A stretch of 64,000 nt of DNA from contig CAZEJU010000001.1 in the NCBI GenBank assembly GCA_964512695.1, positions 7,803-71,802 on the forward strand. Reading direction: 5' to 3'. Within the stretch, counting starts at the first letter, position 1; every line of letters starts with the position of its first letter. The notes beneath the pieces are model-generated. The model had not been told where the DNA came from and did no database searches. It worked only from the letters and a program-made list of their open reading frames with translations. Both the position numbers and the translations under genes were made by a program. This DNA comes from an uncultured Gammaproteobacteria bacterium (GTDB taxonomy: Bacteria > Patescibacteriota > Microgenomatia > Levybacterales > UBA12049). Below, piece by piece: positions 1 to 10,719 of the stretch.

Positions 1-54
1 ACAAAATATGCCTAATAGTGAAACCGCTACGAATAATAATAATTTTTTTCTCAT
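1..54 (-). CDS. 5' end of a secreted/lipoprotein-like gene leaving the window (partial)
   Basis: Minus-strand ATG at 54..52 followed by MRKKLLLFVAVSLLGIFC (basic n-region, hydrophobic core, Cys). Only 18 codons are visible. Confidence 0.3.
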   Translation of the reverse strand, partial: MRKKLLLFVAVSLLGIFC

Positions 55-93
55 CTATAGTCAGTATCACACGGTTTTCTAATAAAATCAAGC

Positions 94-567
94 ATGTTTC
101 TTGCCTACCTTTCAGAACTACTATACAATACAATTATGAACATGTTTAAAACTACATCAGCAAAAACTCCTGAAGAATATATTGCTATGATTGATGAGCC
201 CCGCAGATCTGAGATTAAAACGCTACATGAATTTATCACCAAGACTATTCCAGATCTCAAACCTCATATCATGGCAGGAATGATAGGTTATGGCACATAT
301 CATTATAAATACCCAAGTGGTAGAGAAGGGGACTGGGCTATCATAGCATTAGCAAATCAAAAACAATATATCTCCATTTATGTATGCGCGTCTGAAGGAA
401 AACAATATATTGCTGAGAAAAATAAAGAGAAGTTAGAAAATGCGAGTATAGGTAAAAGCTGCATTCGTTATAAGAGGTTATCAGATATTAACCTCGAAAA
501 GCTTAGTGAAGTAATAAAAGAAGGTGTCAAAATTGCTAAAGAACAAAATTTAACGACTAATCACTAG
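94..567 (+). CDS. DUF1801 / YdhG-like protein
   Basis: ORF translation (..TPEEYIAMIDEPRRSEIKTLHEFI..GYGTYHYKYPSGREGDWAIIALANQKQYISIYV) resembles the DUF1801 family. The true start may be an internal Met near 136. Confidence 0.45.
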   Translation: MFLAYLSELLYNTIMNMFKTTSAKTPEEYIAMIDEPRRSEIKTLHEFITKTIPDLKPHIMAGMIGYGTYHYKYPSGREGDWAIIALANQKQYISIYVCASEGKQYIAEKNKEKLENASIGKSCIRYKRLSDINLEKLSEVIKEGVKIAKEQNLTTNH

Positions 568-657
568 TACTTACTTCACTAAAAGCATTTGTGAACCTTT
601 GTTAAACTATAAGATATCTGATATAATATAAACATACCCCGTGTGAGGGGTTATTTT

Positions 658-2466
658 ATGAAAAACATACGAAACATAGCCATCATTGCGCACGTTGACC
701 ATGGAAAGACCACGTTAGTCGATGCACTACTGAAGCAATCAAATACAAAAATGCATAAAGACACTGCTGATTCTCTTATTATGGATAGTAATGAGTTAGA
801 GCAAGAAAGAGGAATAACAATTTTTTCAAAAAATGCTTCTGTTGTTTGGAAAGACATAAAAATAAACATTATCGACACCCCTGGACATGCAGACTTTGGC
901 GGAGAAGTAGAAAGAGTGCTTAAAATGGCAGATGGTTGTTTACTCCTCGTAGATGCTAAGGAAGGACCTATGCCACAAACCAGATTTGTTTTAAGAAAAG
1001 CACTTGAGATGAAATTAAAAACTATTGTAGTAGTCAATAAAATAGATAAAGCAGATGCGCGTATTCACCATGTACTTGACAAAACGCTCGACCTTTTTCT
1101 CGAGTTAGGTGCAGATGATAACTCCGCGGACTTTCCAATAGTTTATGCATCCGCCAAAGCAGGTAAAGCAGGACTTACAGAATCCCTTGAAGAAATGACT
1201 GATATTACTCCTCTTTTCAATACAATAATAGAGCAAGTCCCACCACCTTCGGGAGATGATAGTCAACCTCTACAAATCCTAATTACGACATTATCAAGCG
1301 ATTCTCATAAAGGAAGAATTGCTACGGGCAGAATATATAATGGTGTCATTAGAAATAATCAGGAAATTGCTCAAATAACTCGTGAAGGAGTTATTAAAAA
1401 GTGGCGTGTAACAAATCTTATAACTTTTGTAGGACTAGATAAAATAGAAACCCAGGAAGCATTCGCAGGAGATATTGTCGCAATTGCAGGTATAGAAAAC
1501 CCACAAATAGGAGAAACTATAGCTGACCCTATTAACCCTCTCCAACTACCTGTACTAAAAATAGAAGAACCGACAATAAGAATGCTTTTCACTGTAAATA
1601 ACTCTCCATTCGCTGGAAGAGAAGGAGAATTTAAGACGTCTCGACAAATTAGAGACAGACTATATAAAGAACTCGAAACTGACATGGCTTTACGAGTACA
1701 AGATGATCCGGGTGGAGGATGGATGGTTTCAGGCAGAGGAGAATTACATTTAGCAATTCTCATAGAGAGAATGCGAAGAGAGGGGTACGAATTCCAAGTA
1801 GGAAGACCACAGGTTATTGACAAAGTTGTAGATGGACAAATGCTAACTCCCTATGAAAGAGTATTCGTGGAAGTTCCTGAAGATCTTAGCGGAGTTGTTA
1901 TGCAAAAGCTTGGTGCAAGACGAGGAGAATTAAAAGATATGAATACGGATAATGGCATTGTATATATGGAGTTTATTATCTCAACTCGAGGACTTTTCGG
2001 TTATAGAAGTGAATTCGTTACAGATACAAGAGGTTTAGGAATAATTAATACTATGTTTCATGAATACTCTCCGGATAATGGATATACGCATGAACGTGAA
2101 CAAGGATCATTGGTAGCGTTTGAATCAGGAGCGTCAAATCTTTATGGCCTTACAAATATACAGGACAGAGGAACTCTATTTATAGGTCCTGGAGTTGAGG
2201 TATACAAAGGTCAAGTTGTAGGCCAAAATTCTCGTCTGGAGGACATGAGAGTAAATGTCTGTAAAGCAAAACAACTATCGAACATGCGTTCTAAAGGAGA
2301 AGGTACAATGGAACATTTTAATACCCCGAAAAAAATGGGGCTAGAAGACGCGCTTGAATTTATAGCTGATGATGAACTTGTAGAAGTAACGCCACAGAAT
2401 ATCCGTATCAGGAAAATCATCCTTGATGAAGTAGAAGAAAGAAGAAGACGTTCACAAAATCAATAA
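658..2466 (+). CDS. typA: Translational GTPase TypA/BipA
   Basis: MKNIRNIAIIAHVDHGKTTLVDALL.. DTPGHADFGGEVER.. NKIDK GTPase motifs and EF-G-like C-terminal domains. GAGGGG SD 7 nt upstream of the ATG at 658. Confidence 0.9.
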   Translation: MKNIRNIAIIAHVDHGKTTLVDALLKQSNTKMHKDTADSLIMDSNELEQERGITIFSKNASVVWKDIKINIIDTPGHADFGGEVERVLKMADGCLLLVDAKEGPMPQTRFVLRKALEMKLKTIVVVNKIDKADARIHHVLDKTLDLFLELGADDNSADFPIVYASAKAGKAGLTESLEEMTDITPLFNTIIEQVPPPSGDDSQPLQILITTLSSDSHKGRIATGRIYNGVIRNNQEIAQITREGVIKKWRVTNLITFVGLDKIETQEAFAGDIVAIAGIENPQIGETIADPINPLQLPVLKIEEPTIRMLFTVNNSPFAGREGEFKTSRQIRDRLYKELETDMALRVQDDPGGGWMVSGRGELHLAILIERMRREGYEFQVGRPQVIDKVVDGQMLTPYERVFVEVPEDLSGVVMQKLGARRGELKDMNTDNGIVYMEFIISTRGLFGYRSEFVTDTRGLGIINTMFHEYSPDNGYTHEREQGSLVAFESGASNLYGLTNIQDRGTLFIGPGVEVYKGQVVGQNSRLEDMRVNVCKAKQLSNMRSKGEGTMEHFNTPKKMGLEDALEFIADDELVEVTPQNIRIRKIILDEVEERRRRSQNQ

Positions 2467-2694
2467 GTTATTTTAAATTTTTAACATATTACTGTAATTC
2501 TTTAAGAATACCCATTGCTATTTCTTTATCTTTGTTTCCACTGTTTAAGTTTTTTTCGGAGAACAACTCCAGACTGTATAATCTTCCTTTTTTAAAACGT
2601 TAGAAAGGAAACGTTTTTTATCATCTTCAGACAATACAAAAAGAACTGTATCGAGTATTGCAGATTAGAATATAGACAAGCTATTATGTAGTAA

Positions 2695-3564
2695 ATGAAA
2701 AGTCCTAAAATTGGGTTAGCATTAGGGAGTGGAGGAGCGCGCGGTTTTGCTCATATAGGCGTCATTCAAACATTAGAAAAGTATAATATACCGATTGATT
2801 ATATAGCTGGATCGAGCATAGGTGCAGTTATAGGCGCACATTATGCTAAGTATAAAAGTAGTGAAAAATTAGTACATGATGCATTTATTTTAAATAGGAA
2901 GAAAGGATTACAATTATTTGATCCTGTTTTTAAATTCGGCATCTTTAAAGGGGAAAAATTCGAGAAACACATCCAGGAACTTCTGCAAACCACTAATTTT
3001 GATGCACTGCAAATACCCTTTGCAGCAGTTGCTACAGATTTACAAACAGCTAACTCTGTTGTTTTTAAAAGTGGTGATTTAATTAAAACGATTCGTGCAA
3101 GTAGTTCTATTCCAGGTTTTTTTCAACCGTTACAATATGAAAATAAAATTCTTGGAGATGGAGGATTATCTAACCCAGTTCCTCACGATGTGGTAAAAAA
3201 GATGGGAGCTGATATTGTAATCGCAGTGAATCTGGATCGAATTTTCGAGAACAGAGATGAAATAAAAATTCCTTCTTTATACAATATACCTATTCAATCT
3301 ATTAATATCTTACGTCATAATTTAGCCCACCACTCGCTTGCAAATGCAGATATTGTTTTATCTCCTCATGTATCCAGTGTCGGTTTAATAGGATTACAGC
3401 ACTTCGTAAATAAAAAAAAGATTGAAGAATTAATTCAAGAAGGTGTTACTGTAACCGAAGAAATGATTCCCTTCATTCTCCAAACTATTAATGAAAAAAA
3501 GAAACTTTCTATTCATGCAAAATTAAAAGGGTATTTTAGAAAAGCCAAAGATGTATTTTTTTAG
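2695..3564 (+). CDS. Patatin-like phospholipase
   Basis: GLALGSGGARGFAHIGV oxyanion motif, GSSIGA nucleophile elbow (GxSxG) and DGG motif. Confidence 0.8.
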   Translation: MKSPKIGLALGSGGARGFAHIGVIQTLEKYNIPIDYIAGSSIGAVIGAHYAKYKSSEKLVHDAFILNRKKGLQLFDPVFKFGIFKGEKFEKHIQELLQTTNFDALQIPFAAVATDLQTANSVVFKSGDLIKTIRASSSIPGFFQPLQYENKILGDGGLSNPVPHDVVKKMGADIVIAVNLDRIFENRDEIKIPSLYNIPIQSINILRHNLAHHSLANADIVLSPHVSSVGLIGLQHFVNKKKIEELIQEGVTVTEEMIPFILQTINEKKKLSIHAKLKGYFRKAKDVFF

Positions 3565-5414
3565 TGGAAAAGTTTATTGTAAACAAATGCCAGTCGTTCT
3601 CTTCTGGTACGCTGATAATGAAGTTCATCAACAGGAACGTAAATATATTTCGTTAATGGACAGTTAGCATCATCCATATGTTTATGTGATTCATTAATTT
3701 GTTTGAGAACGCTTTTTAAGGCCTGCAGCGTCGTAGGATAGAAGTTTTTTGCACCTATTACTTCATAAAGACCAGTTTTTTTGAAAATCTCGACTACTTG
3801 TGACTTTACTGTGGAGAAGAATATTTTCTTTCTTGTAACACGAAGAGTTTCTATAAAACCCGCTAGCAATTCTTCACCAGTTGCATCTATTTCGTTAATA
3901 CCGTTCGCAGAAAAAATAATATGCGTTACATGAGGATGTTGTGATAAATATCTAATAATTTCGTTTTCAAAAAAAGTTGCATTTGCGAAAAAAAGAGGAG
4001 CATCGAGACGTACAACAGCTATGTTTTCACATTGATCTAGATTATATAACTTATAATCATGTAAAAAACCATCTTTATACATAGATAAGAAAGCCACCTT
4101 AGGGCGTGTACTTCGAAAAACAAAATGTCCTATCGAAAAAACAATTCCAAGTAACAGTCCTTTCTCTAAGTCGGGCGCGAAGTATAACGTACCGAAGAAA
4201 GTTAATATTGCTGCAATACCATCATATAAACTAACACTAATAATAGGTTTAATTTTAGAAAAATCTATTAACGTTGAAACAGAGATGATGATAATCGCAG
4301 CGAGAACAACTTTTGGTAAATAGTAGAGTAAAGGAGTAAAAAACAGTAATGTGATAAGCACCATAAAAGAGGTAAAAAAACTAGAAAGCCATGTTTTAGC
4401 TCCCGCCTGATAATTAAGTGCTGTTCGAGAAAAAGAGCCTGAAACAGGATAACTAAGGCTAAATGAGCCTACGGCGTTCGCTATGCCTTGACCTATTAGT
4501 TCTTTATTCGGATCTAGCCGCTCTTTGGTCTTTAGAGCAATTGCTTGTGCTACAGAAACAGATTCTGTAAACCCTATAAGGGACATCGTAATAACAGGTA
4601 TAATTAAATGTCCTAGCACACCAGAATCAAAACGGGGAATGCCAATTATAGGTAAACCGTTTGGAATTGTCCCAACCAGAGCTACTGGATAGTTTAAAAA
4701 TTGTACAATGACAGAAAGCACGACAACAGTTATAAGCACATAAGGTATGTTCCGATTAATTTTTCGTAATATAAGCATCCAAGCGACAGCTATGCAACCT
4801 AGTATAAATGTCTGCCAATGAATTGCTGTTATAGCCTTTTGGAATAAAGCTATTATAGTTTGATAATGATGTTCCTGGTTAGGAACACTAATACCGAAAA
4901 AAGCTGATAGCTGTGTAGTAGCGATTATTAATGCCGCAGCATTCGTAAACGCATAAATAACAGGATGTGAAAGAAAACTAACAAGTCCCCCTAATTTCAA
5001 TGTACCAAGAAGAATTTGGAATAATCCTAATAAACAAGCTAAGAGAACAATATTTGAAATGTATTCGTTCGATCCGAGGGGACTAATGGGCGAAACAGCC
5101 GATAACGCTAAGAGAGATAAAACTGCGACAGGACCTGTTGCCAGCTGAGCGCTTGAACCAAATAATGCAGCTAAAAAAGGAGGTAATAAAGCTGCGTACA
5201 GTCCGTAATGTGGGGGCAAACCTGCCAGCTGAGCATACGCTAATGATTGGGGGATCAATACTAGACCCACTGTTATACCTGCAATAATATCTGCACGTAA
5301 AGTTACCTTATGGAGAAAAGGCCGGTAGACTTTAGCTAAAAATGAAGTGTTTCCTGGAAGTTGTTTCATTCTTTTCCTTATTACTAGCTTATCACAAGAT
5401 TTTTTCTCGCTCAA
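3561..5414 (-). CDS. SulP-family anion (sulfate/bicarbonate) permease with C-terminal STAS domain
   Basis: Polytopic membrane protein with SulP-like segments (AYAQLAGLPPHYGLYAALLPPFLAALFGSS) and a STAS-like C-terminus. Confidence 0.8.
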   Translation of the reverse strand: MSEKKSCDKLVIRKRMKQLPGNTSFLAKVYRPFLHKVTLRADIIAGITVGLVLIPQSLAYAQLAGLPPHYGLYAALLPPFLAALFGSSAQLATGPVAVLSLLALSAVSPISPLGSNEYISNIVLLACLLGLFQILLGTLKLGGLVSFLSHPVIYAFTNAAALIIATTQLSAFFGISVPNQEHHYQTIIALFQKAITAIHWQTFILGCIAVAWMLILRKINRNIPYVLITVVVLSVIVQFLNYPVALVGTIPNGLPIIGIPRFDSGVLGHLIIPVITMSLIGFTESVSVAQAIALKTKERLDPNKELIGQGIANAVGSFSLSYPVSGSFSRTALNYQAGAKTWLSSFFTSFMVLITLLFFTPLLYYLPKVVLAAIIIISVSTLIDFSKIKPIISVSLYDGIAAILTFFGTLYFAPDLEKGLLLGIVFSIGHFVFRSTRPKVAFLSMYKDGFLHDYKLYNLDQCENIAVVRLDAPLFFANATFFENEIIRYLSQHPHVTHIIFSANGINEIDATGEELLAGFIETLRVTRKKIFFSTVKSQVVEIFKKTGLYEVIGAKNFYPTTLQALKSVLKQINESHKHMDDANCPLTKYIYVPVDELHYQRTRRERLAFVYNKLFH

Positions 5415-5481
5415 TGATATAAAAAATTATGGTTCAAGGAAAATTTTAATGAAGTTTTATTATGTTTGAGGAAGCCTCTAC

Positions 5482-6477
5482 TTATTTTATTACTAAAACT
5501 TCATTTTTATCAGAAACTGTCAAACCTGGTTTAGGACCGCCTCCTATCGCATATATTTTACCGTCAACAGCCACAACTGCGAGACCGTGACGGGCAGTAG
5601 GAAGGGGAGGGAGTGAAAACCACTTTCCTTCTTCTATATGAAATGCCTCAACTCTATTAAAAGTCCCTAAGGCTTCTTCGCCACCAATTACTATAAATGC
5701 ATTACGAATAGTGACCCCTCCTATACCGCTTCGCTTCGATAACATTTTGGGTCCTGACGTCCAAACATCTGTAGTCGGATTATATATTTCCAAAGTATCA
5801 AGATTGGAAATTAGGGAATCTTGCCTTCCTCCAGCTACATACACTAATCCATCACTCATACCTATAGCTATATGATCACGCTTCGTAAATGCGCTTTTTT
5901 TCACAGTCCATATATCCGTAACTGTATCGTAGACATGAATACTACCCGTTACTCCATTTTTAGTCACTCCTCCCACAACATAAATTTTTGTCGCGATGGC
6001 AACAGCTGCATGCGCACCTCTCGCAAGAGGCATAGATTTTCCTTTTGTCCATTGTTTTGTTTCCGGGGAATAAATAAAGATATCGGAGGTCGGTGATGAA
6101 TCTTCTGAATATCCACCAAGAATAAATAACTTTCCCGCTACAGCTACTGCTGCAGTATGATGACGAGCCCCGGGCAAATCAGGAGCTGGACTCCATGAAT
6201 CATTCTTCGTATCATAAACCTCAACTTTAGAAGATGTGTTACCTGAATTCTCCAAACCTCCAATAATATAAATCTTACCATCTAACGAAGTACCAGCTAC
6301 TTCAGTCCGTGGTGTAGGAAGAGATTTTTTCACTGCCCATGTAGAAACTGTTTCTAAAAATGTCGTTTTATTTGTATATGATTTTTGTTTTTTTTCATTT
6401 GTAACGAATAGTATATAGAACGAAACAGTAAATAATAGTACAAAAAAAAGAGCAAAAACGAAAAGCTTTTTAATCAT
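5482..6477 (-). CDS. Kelch-repeat beta-propeller protein, N-terminally membrane anchored
   Basis: Repeated ..IYxxGG..(x)..vexYdpxtdxWt.. units (at least 5 blades) after an N-terminal hydrophobic helix. Confidence 0.7.
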   Translation of the reverse strand: MIKKLFVFALFFVLLFTVSFYILFVTNEKKQKSYTNKTTFLETVSTWAVKKSLPTPRTEVAGTSLDGKIYIIGGLENSGNTSSKVEVYDTKNDSWSPAPDLPGARHHTAAVAVAGKLFILGGYSEDSSPTSDIFIYSPETKQWTKGKSMPLARGAHAAVAIATKIYVVGGVTKNGVTGSIHVYDTVTDIWTVKKSAFTKRDHIAIGMSDGLVYVAGGRQDSLISNLDTLEIYNPTTDVWTSGPKMLSKRSGIGGVTIRNAFIVIGGEEALGTFNRVEAFHIEEGKWFSLPPLPTARHGLAVVAVDGKIYAIGGGPKPGLTVSDKNEVLVIK

Positions 6478-6585
6478 TTAATATAAGTATACATAGCTGT
6501 GACTGTTCAGAAAAGTACTCTGTATATTTTCTTTACTGACTCTAGTTCAGTAGATTTTCTAAAATAAGGAAATAATAACTGTTTT

Positions 6586-6700
6586 AGGGGTGTAGGTGGA
6601 CTCCCTCCAGGAGCTACAAACACACCTTCACCGACACCGCCTGATGGTTGCATGAACGGAGTGCAAGACCGAGCTTCAGGAAATCCTTAGTGGATTGTAA
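6586..6700. ncRNA. GC-rich island, candidate small structured RNA (class and strand unknown)
   Basis: About 115 nt, markedly GC-richer than the surrounding AT-rich intergenic DNA, with no ORF. Local hairpins, e.g. GGUGUAG..CUCC cucca GGAGCUAC..ACACC. Confidence 0.2.
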
Positions 6701-6715
6701 AGGAAAAAATAATAA

Positions 6716-7477
6716 TTATAAAATAAATTTTTCTAGAACATCTACTAAACCGTCTTCGTCGACAGTTGAAGCTATATAATCCGCAATTGCCTTTAAATCA
6801 TCTACTGCATTTCCCATAGCTACTTTAAGACCACAAGCCATTAATAATGGAAAATCGTTATACCCGTCACCCACACCTATTACATTATTCTTTTTTAAAT
6901 TCACCTTTTTCATTATGGTTTCAATACCATGAAGCTTTGTTGCATTAACATGCTCAACACTTAGACCATACATTCCCTGATTTCTATGGTGAGACTTTTG
7001 ACCTTTAACATGAGGTAGTTTACTTATTTTTTCTAGAACTTCCTCTACTGTCTGCAAATCATACAATTCATCGGCAAAGAACATATACGCTTTTTTTATT
7101 TCATCATCGTGCGTAAACCTTTTCTGGTAATCTGTGCCAATAACCTGCTGTTTAACATAAAAAGATATTTTTTTTTCTAAAAGTAAATCTTTAATCATAA
7201 TTGCTTCATCTACTGGAAGAGGACAATCATAAAGAAGTTCTCGTGACTTTAAATCCATAACTTGCGACCCATTATTTAAAACAACATAACCTTCATGCAT
7301 TTGTAACTTTGTTAAAACTGGTTCTAAAAAGCTATATGACCTGCCTGTAACAAGACAAACAATGACTTTCTCTTGCGCTTTTTTAATCGCATCAGTGACA
7401 CGTTCAGATGGGAGCGCATCATAATCATAAGGAACAATTGTTCCATCAACATCTAACATGAGTGCTTTATAATTCAT
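6716..7477 (-). CDS. HAD-IIB (Cof-type) phosphatase
   Basis: MLDVDGTI motif I, TGR motif II, GDGYNDFPLL motif IV. Confidence 0.75.
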   Translation of the reverse strand: MNYKALMLDVDGTIVPYDYDALPSERVTDAIKKAQEKVIVCLVTGRSYSFLEPVLTKLQMHEGYVVLNNGSQVMDLKSRELLYDCPLPVDEAIMIKDLLLEKKISFYVKQQVIGTDYQKRFTHDDEIKKAYMFFADELYDLQTVEEVLEKISKLPHVKGQKSHHRNQGMYGLSVEHVNATKLHGIETIMKKVNLKKNNVIGVGDGYNDFPLLMACGLKVAMGNAVDDLKAIADYIASTVDEDGLVDVLEKFIL

Positions 7478-7514
7478 TTTTCTAAGTTTAGCAGGAAAAT
7501 AGAAGCCTACTTGT

Positions 7515-7877
7515 TTAATATAAGTACTTTAGTGTAAAAACAAACGTTGCAAAACTAGAAAACGATGAAAATTTAACAAAGTTCACAGAAAAGTTATCTT
7601 TTTTTTGCATTTTTCTTAAAAGTAAGTATTCAATAACAAAAAGTACAGCTATATATATTCCTATTTTACTACAATAAACTATTGAAGAAGTTTTATCAGA
7701 TAATAAAGCTAATAGCGAACCTGTAATTACTTGCGTTGTGGCAATGGAAGCAATAATTATTGCTAATTTTTTATATGAAGAAAGTAAATTCTTTTTTAAA
7801 ACATACAATGATCTTATGCTAAACAGGAAAAGTAAAGACGCTCCTGTAAGGTGAAGAAGTAATATAAACGTGTACAT
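7515..7877 (-). CDS. Small integral membrane protein, unknown function
   Basis: 120-aa ORF with about 4 hydrophobic segments. No recognisable family. Confidence 0.4.
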   Translation of the reverse strand: MYTFILLLHLTGASLLFLFSIRSLYVLKKNLLSSYKKLAIIIASIATTQVITGSLLALLSDKTSSIVYCSKIGIYIAVLFVIEYLLLRKMQKKDNFSVNFVKFSSFSSFATFVFTLKYLY

Positions 7878-8121
7878 TCTATGAATAGTATACTAAAGCA
7901 AACCTAATTTCAATAAACTGGTTGGGAAGTTGATAGGTACGAATCTCTACGGGAAACCATTTATGAGGAGAAGCATCTTTTTTTGATAATAATGTCCATT
8001 TTTTAGGTGTCATAGCTATCCTTTAAGTAGAGTAAAACACAGTACTGATTTTAAGCCAGCTGCCTCTTCCATATAGAAATATATTTAATTTCTCCTAAAT
8101 ATGGTATTGTATTAGTAGAGT

Positions 8122-9525
8122 ATGAAATATGTTGTAGTTACTTTTGACGGATCAGGTACTCCAGTCGCACAACACTTGCAGTTGGAAGGCCAAGATGTTG
8201 TTTTGGCACAGATAGAAAACATGAGGAGTTTGGCATCTGAAGAGGATGATGAATATGCAGAAGGTCGAAATGATAAAGAACAACGTCTTTCAGTATTTGA
8301 AGGAGTTGTCAGGAAAAAACCCGCGGAAGAACTTTTGAAAGAAATGAAAACGTATAAAAATCCGCAGGATTATTTCGTTTACTTTGACACGAATGGTTTA
8401 TACGCTCTCGCAGAACAGATTAAAGACTTAGGATTCCACGGCAATTTTCCGACACGTGAAGACTATTTATATGAAGTTGACAGGGATAAAGCAAAAGAGT
8501 TTGTCAAAAAGCACTATTCTAAATTAAATATTGCAAGGAAAAAAGAATTTGCAAAAGTTTCCGATGCAAAAAAGTTCTTAACAGACACCGACGAAGTCTG
8601 GGTATTAAAAGGAAATAGTGATGCTTCAAGTGCTTTTGTGCCCGATGTCGATGATCCAATCCTTGCAGCACGACAAATAGTTGAGGTTTTGGATAATGAT
8701 TCGTCTTCATATGAATCAGAGGGATTCATTCTTGAATTACTTATTCCTTCTGTCATGGAACTTACCCCGGAGAAAATTTATTATGACGGCGAATTAATCG
8801 CTTGCACTTTAGATATTGAAAATAAGCCAATTGGCAGCGGTAACATTTCTGTTCAAACAGGTTGTGCTGCTGATTTGGTTTTTCCCATAGCAAATGACTC
8901 TCGGATTAACCAGATTGCATTTCCTCCAATTGTTGATGAATTAGCAAAAAAACACAAAGGGTTATTTTACTGGGATGCCTCAATTCTGATTAATAAACGG
9001 GATGGAAAAATGTACTTTGGAGAATTTTGTCCTAATAGGCCAGGCTACAATGCTTCATTTACAGAATTTGCTCAGTGCGGAAGTGTTCATGAGTTTTTTG
9101 AGAATGTAGTACAGAAAAAAAGTCCATTTAAATTGGGAACTGTCGCTTCCTCTATTCGCATCTTTAATCTTCATCGTGATAATGAAACCCAACAAATTCT
9201 TGGAGGATTAACTGTGGATTTTGCCCCAGAAGTGGAAAAAGATGTTTGGTTATGGGATGTGAAGAAAAAGGGAAAAAAACTGGTGAATATCGGTTATGGC
9301 GATGCAGTCGCGGCAATTACAGGTGCAGGAGATTCTGTTGAAGAAGCAGTCAGCAGGATGTACCGAAATCTAGAAAAGTTTTCTTTCTTAGGAGCTTATT
9401 ACCGTCCGAAAGCGGATTATTTATCTCTCGGGTATCCCACATCTATTCTTAATCGTTTGAATTACGGAATGGAAAGAGGGCTATATCAAATACCATTTAA
9501 TGTCAAAGTAGGGGATATCCTCTAG
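8122..9525 (+). CDS. PurD-like ATP-grasp protein
   Basis: Overall layout and the GEFCPNRPGYN segment (compare EfNxRfGDPE of phosphoribosylamine-glycine ligase). Recalled similarity only. Confidence 0.35.
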   Translation: MKYVVVTFDGSGTPVAQHLQLEGQDVVLAQIENMRSLASEEDDEYAEGRNDKEQRLSVFEGVVRKKPAEELLKEMKTYKNPQDYFVYFDTNGLYALAEQIKDLGFHGNFPTREDYLYEVDRDKAKEFVKKHYSKLNIARKKEFAKVSDAKKFLTDTDEVWVLKGNSDASSAFVPDVDDPILAARQIVEVLDNDSSSYESEGFILELLIPSVMELTPEKIYYDGELIACTLDIENKPIGSGNISVQTGCAADLVFPIANDSRINQIAFPPIVDELAKKHKGLFYWDASILINKRDGKMYFGEFCPNRPGYNASFTEFAQCGSVHEFFENVVQKKSPFKLGTVASSIRIFNLHRDNETQQILGGLTVDFAPEVEKDVWLWDVKKKGKKLVNIGYGDAVAAITGAGDSVEEAVSRMYRNLEKFSFLGAYYRPKADYLSLGYPTSILNRLNYGMERGLYQIPFNVKVGDIL

Positions 9526-9577
9526 AGTTTCAAAGCAGCAGAATGGCAAAGAACAACTTTAGAACTATTGTTTATCT

Positions 9578-10012
9578 TTACCGTACTTTCCAATTCTTCT
9601 TTGTCTTACTGCCTTTTTTCTTTGTAGGTTTTATTTTTACTTCCACACTATAGACTGCTTTTTGATAATTTTTCCAATCCATTCCCATATTCTCTATAAA
9701 GTGGCGCTCTACGTTATTCGCAATGCGGTGATATTTACAGTATAAATCATACTCTTTCTTGTGTTTTTCAGCAGCCGTATCAGTAGTGTCAAAAGCATCA
9801 ATCATAGCCACAGGAATACCAGCTGATCTAATTAAGGTATACTCAATAAACTCATGCAGCATAATAGCATTATTAATAATTGGGTTTTTCATATCATAAG
9901 CGATAATATGCGTGTCAAAATAGTCACCCACGTCATCATAGCGCATTGACTTACTAACCCTGAATTTAAGCTTAGAGTAATCAATTAATTTCGCTCGGTC
10001 TTTCTGTTTCAT
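9578..10012 (-). CDS. Hypothetical protein
   Basis: 144-aa ORF with a lysine-rich C-terminus. No recognised family. Confidence 0.4.
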   Translation of the reverse strand: MKQKDRAKLIDYSKLKFRVSKSMRYDDVGDYFDTHIIAYDMKNPIINNAIMLHEFIEYTLIRSAGIPVAMIDAFDTTDTAAEKHKKEYDLYCKYHRIANNVERHFIENMGMDWKNYQKAVYSVEVKIKPTKKKGSKTKKNWKVR

Positions 10013-10257
10013 AGTCGTTAATTATATCTCAATAGGTTACCTTAGTAAAGCAGTAAGAATCTGAGGCTAAAGCATAATATTATCCTATATTATTTATACA
10101 GAAGTATAATTTTACGAGTCTAATCTCGCAAGAAATAGTCCTATAATAACAGTTACGTTTAAACTAAATACAAGGAACTTAATCAGCTGCCCAACTATTT
10201 AAAAATTCCAACCGCAAGTTCCGCCCATACCATCCTTCCTCAACCAAGATTCAGCAC

Positions 10258-10440
10258 TCAAATTTCTTCTTGATCAATTTCATCATTTTTATACTCAAGA
10301 ATGTCTCCTGGCTGACAGTCTAAAGCTTTGCAAATCGCTTCCAAGGTTGAGAAACGAATAGCTTTTGCCTTTCCATTTTTCAAGATAGAAAGGTTAGCCA
10401 TGGTTATGCCAACTTTCTCAGTAAGTTCAGTAACACTCAT
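10258..10440 (-). CDS. Small XRE/Cro-type helix-turn-helix regulator
   Basis: MSVTELTEKVGITMANLSILKNGKAKAIRFSTLEAICKALDCQPGDILEY matches the YozG-like HTH pattern. I trimmed the ORF-track start to the internal ATG at 10440. Confidence 0.7.
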   Translation of the reverse strand: MSVTELTEKVGITMANLSILKNGKAKAIRFSTLEAICKALDCQPGDILEYKNDEIDQEEI

Positions 10441-10719
10441 TTTCCTTTTGACTAACAGGATACAGCCAGGAAAAGTTAGAAGCTCAGTTGAAAAAAGAAA
10501 CAGACTTTGAAACGTTCTTTGTAAATGCACCGCGACTGAATCCCTCGCGATCTTTAATCAAAGGCGTGATTTGTGGCGTCCGAGTGGAGGATAGTAAAGA
10601 ACCAATTATGCGCGAAATTCGCTATCTAGATAAATTAATCGATGAGCTAGCTGGAGGGAAAACGATGGAAAAGATTTTACGAAGGTGATATCTTACTGCC
10701 TTAACTTTTCCCAGTCAGA

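Noticed and set aside
651-2420. Antisense ORFs inside typA (651..1037, 1371..1823, 2211..2420, minus strand).
   Set aside because: They are fully embedded opposite a strongly supported, conserved GTPase gene. Their translations are low-complexity and Ser/Cys/Ile-rich, typical of shadow ORFs. The same reasoning applies to the other short antisense ORFs in the track (e.g. 25221..25785, 40253..40983, 60349..61059).
6586-6700. SRP (4.5S) RNA assignment for the GC-rich island.
   Set aside because: Neither strand shows the conserved domain IV pattern (..GGUCCGGAAGGAAGCAGCC..-like symmetric loop and GNAR tetraloop) when read by eye. It is left as an unclassified candidate.
10488-10688. 66-aa plus-strand ORF between the HTH gene and tRNA-Gln.
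   Set aside because: It overlaps the HTH-ORF extension region and has no recognisable family or clear RBS. It may be a gene fragment; the evidence is insufficient to annotate it.
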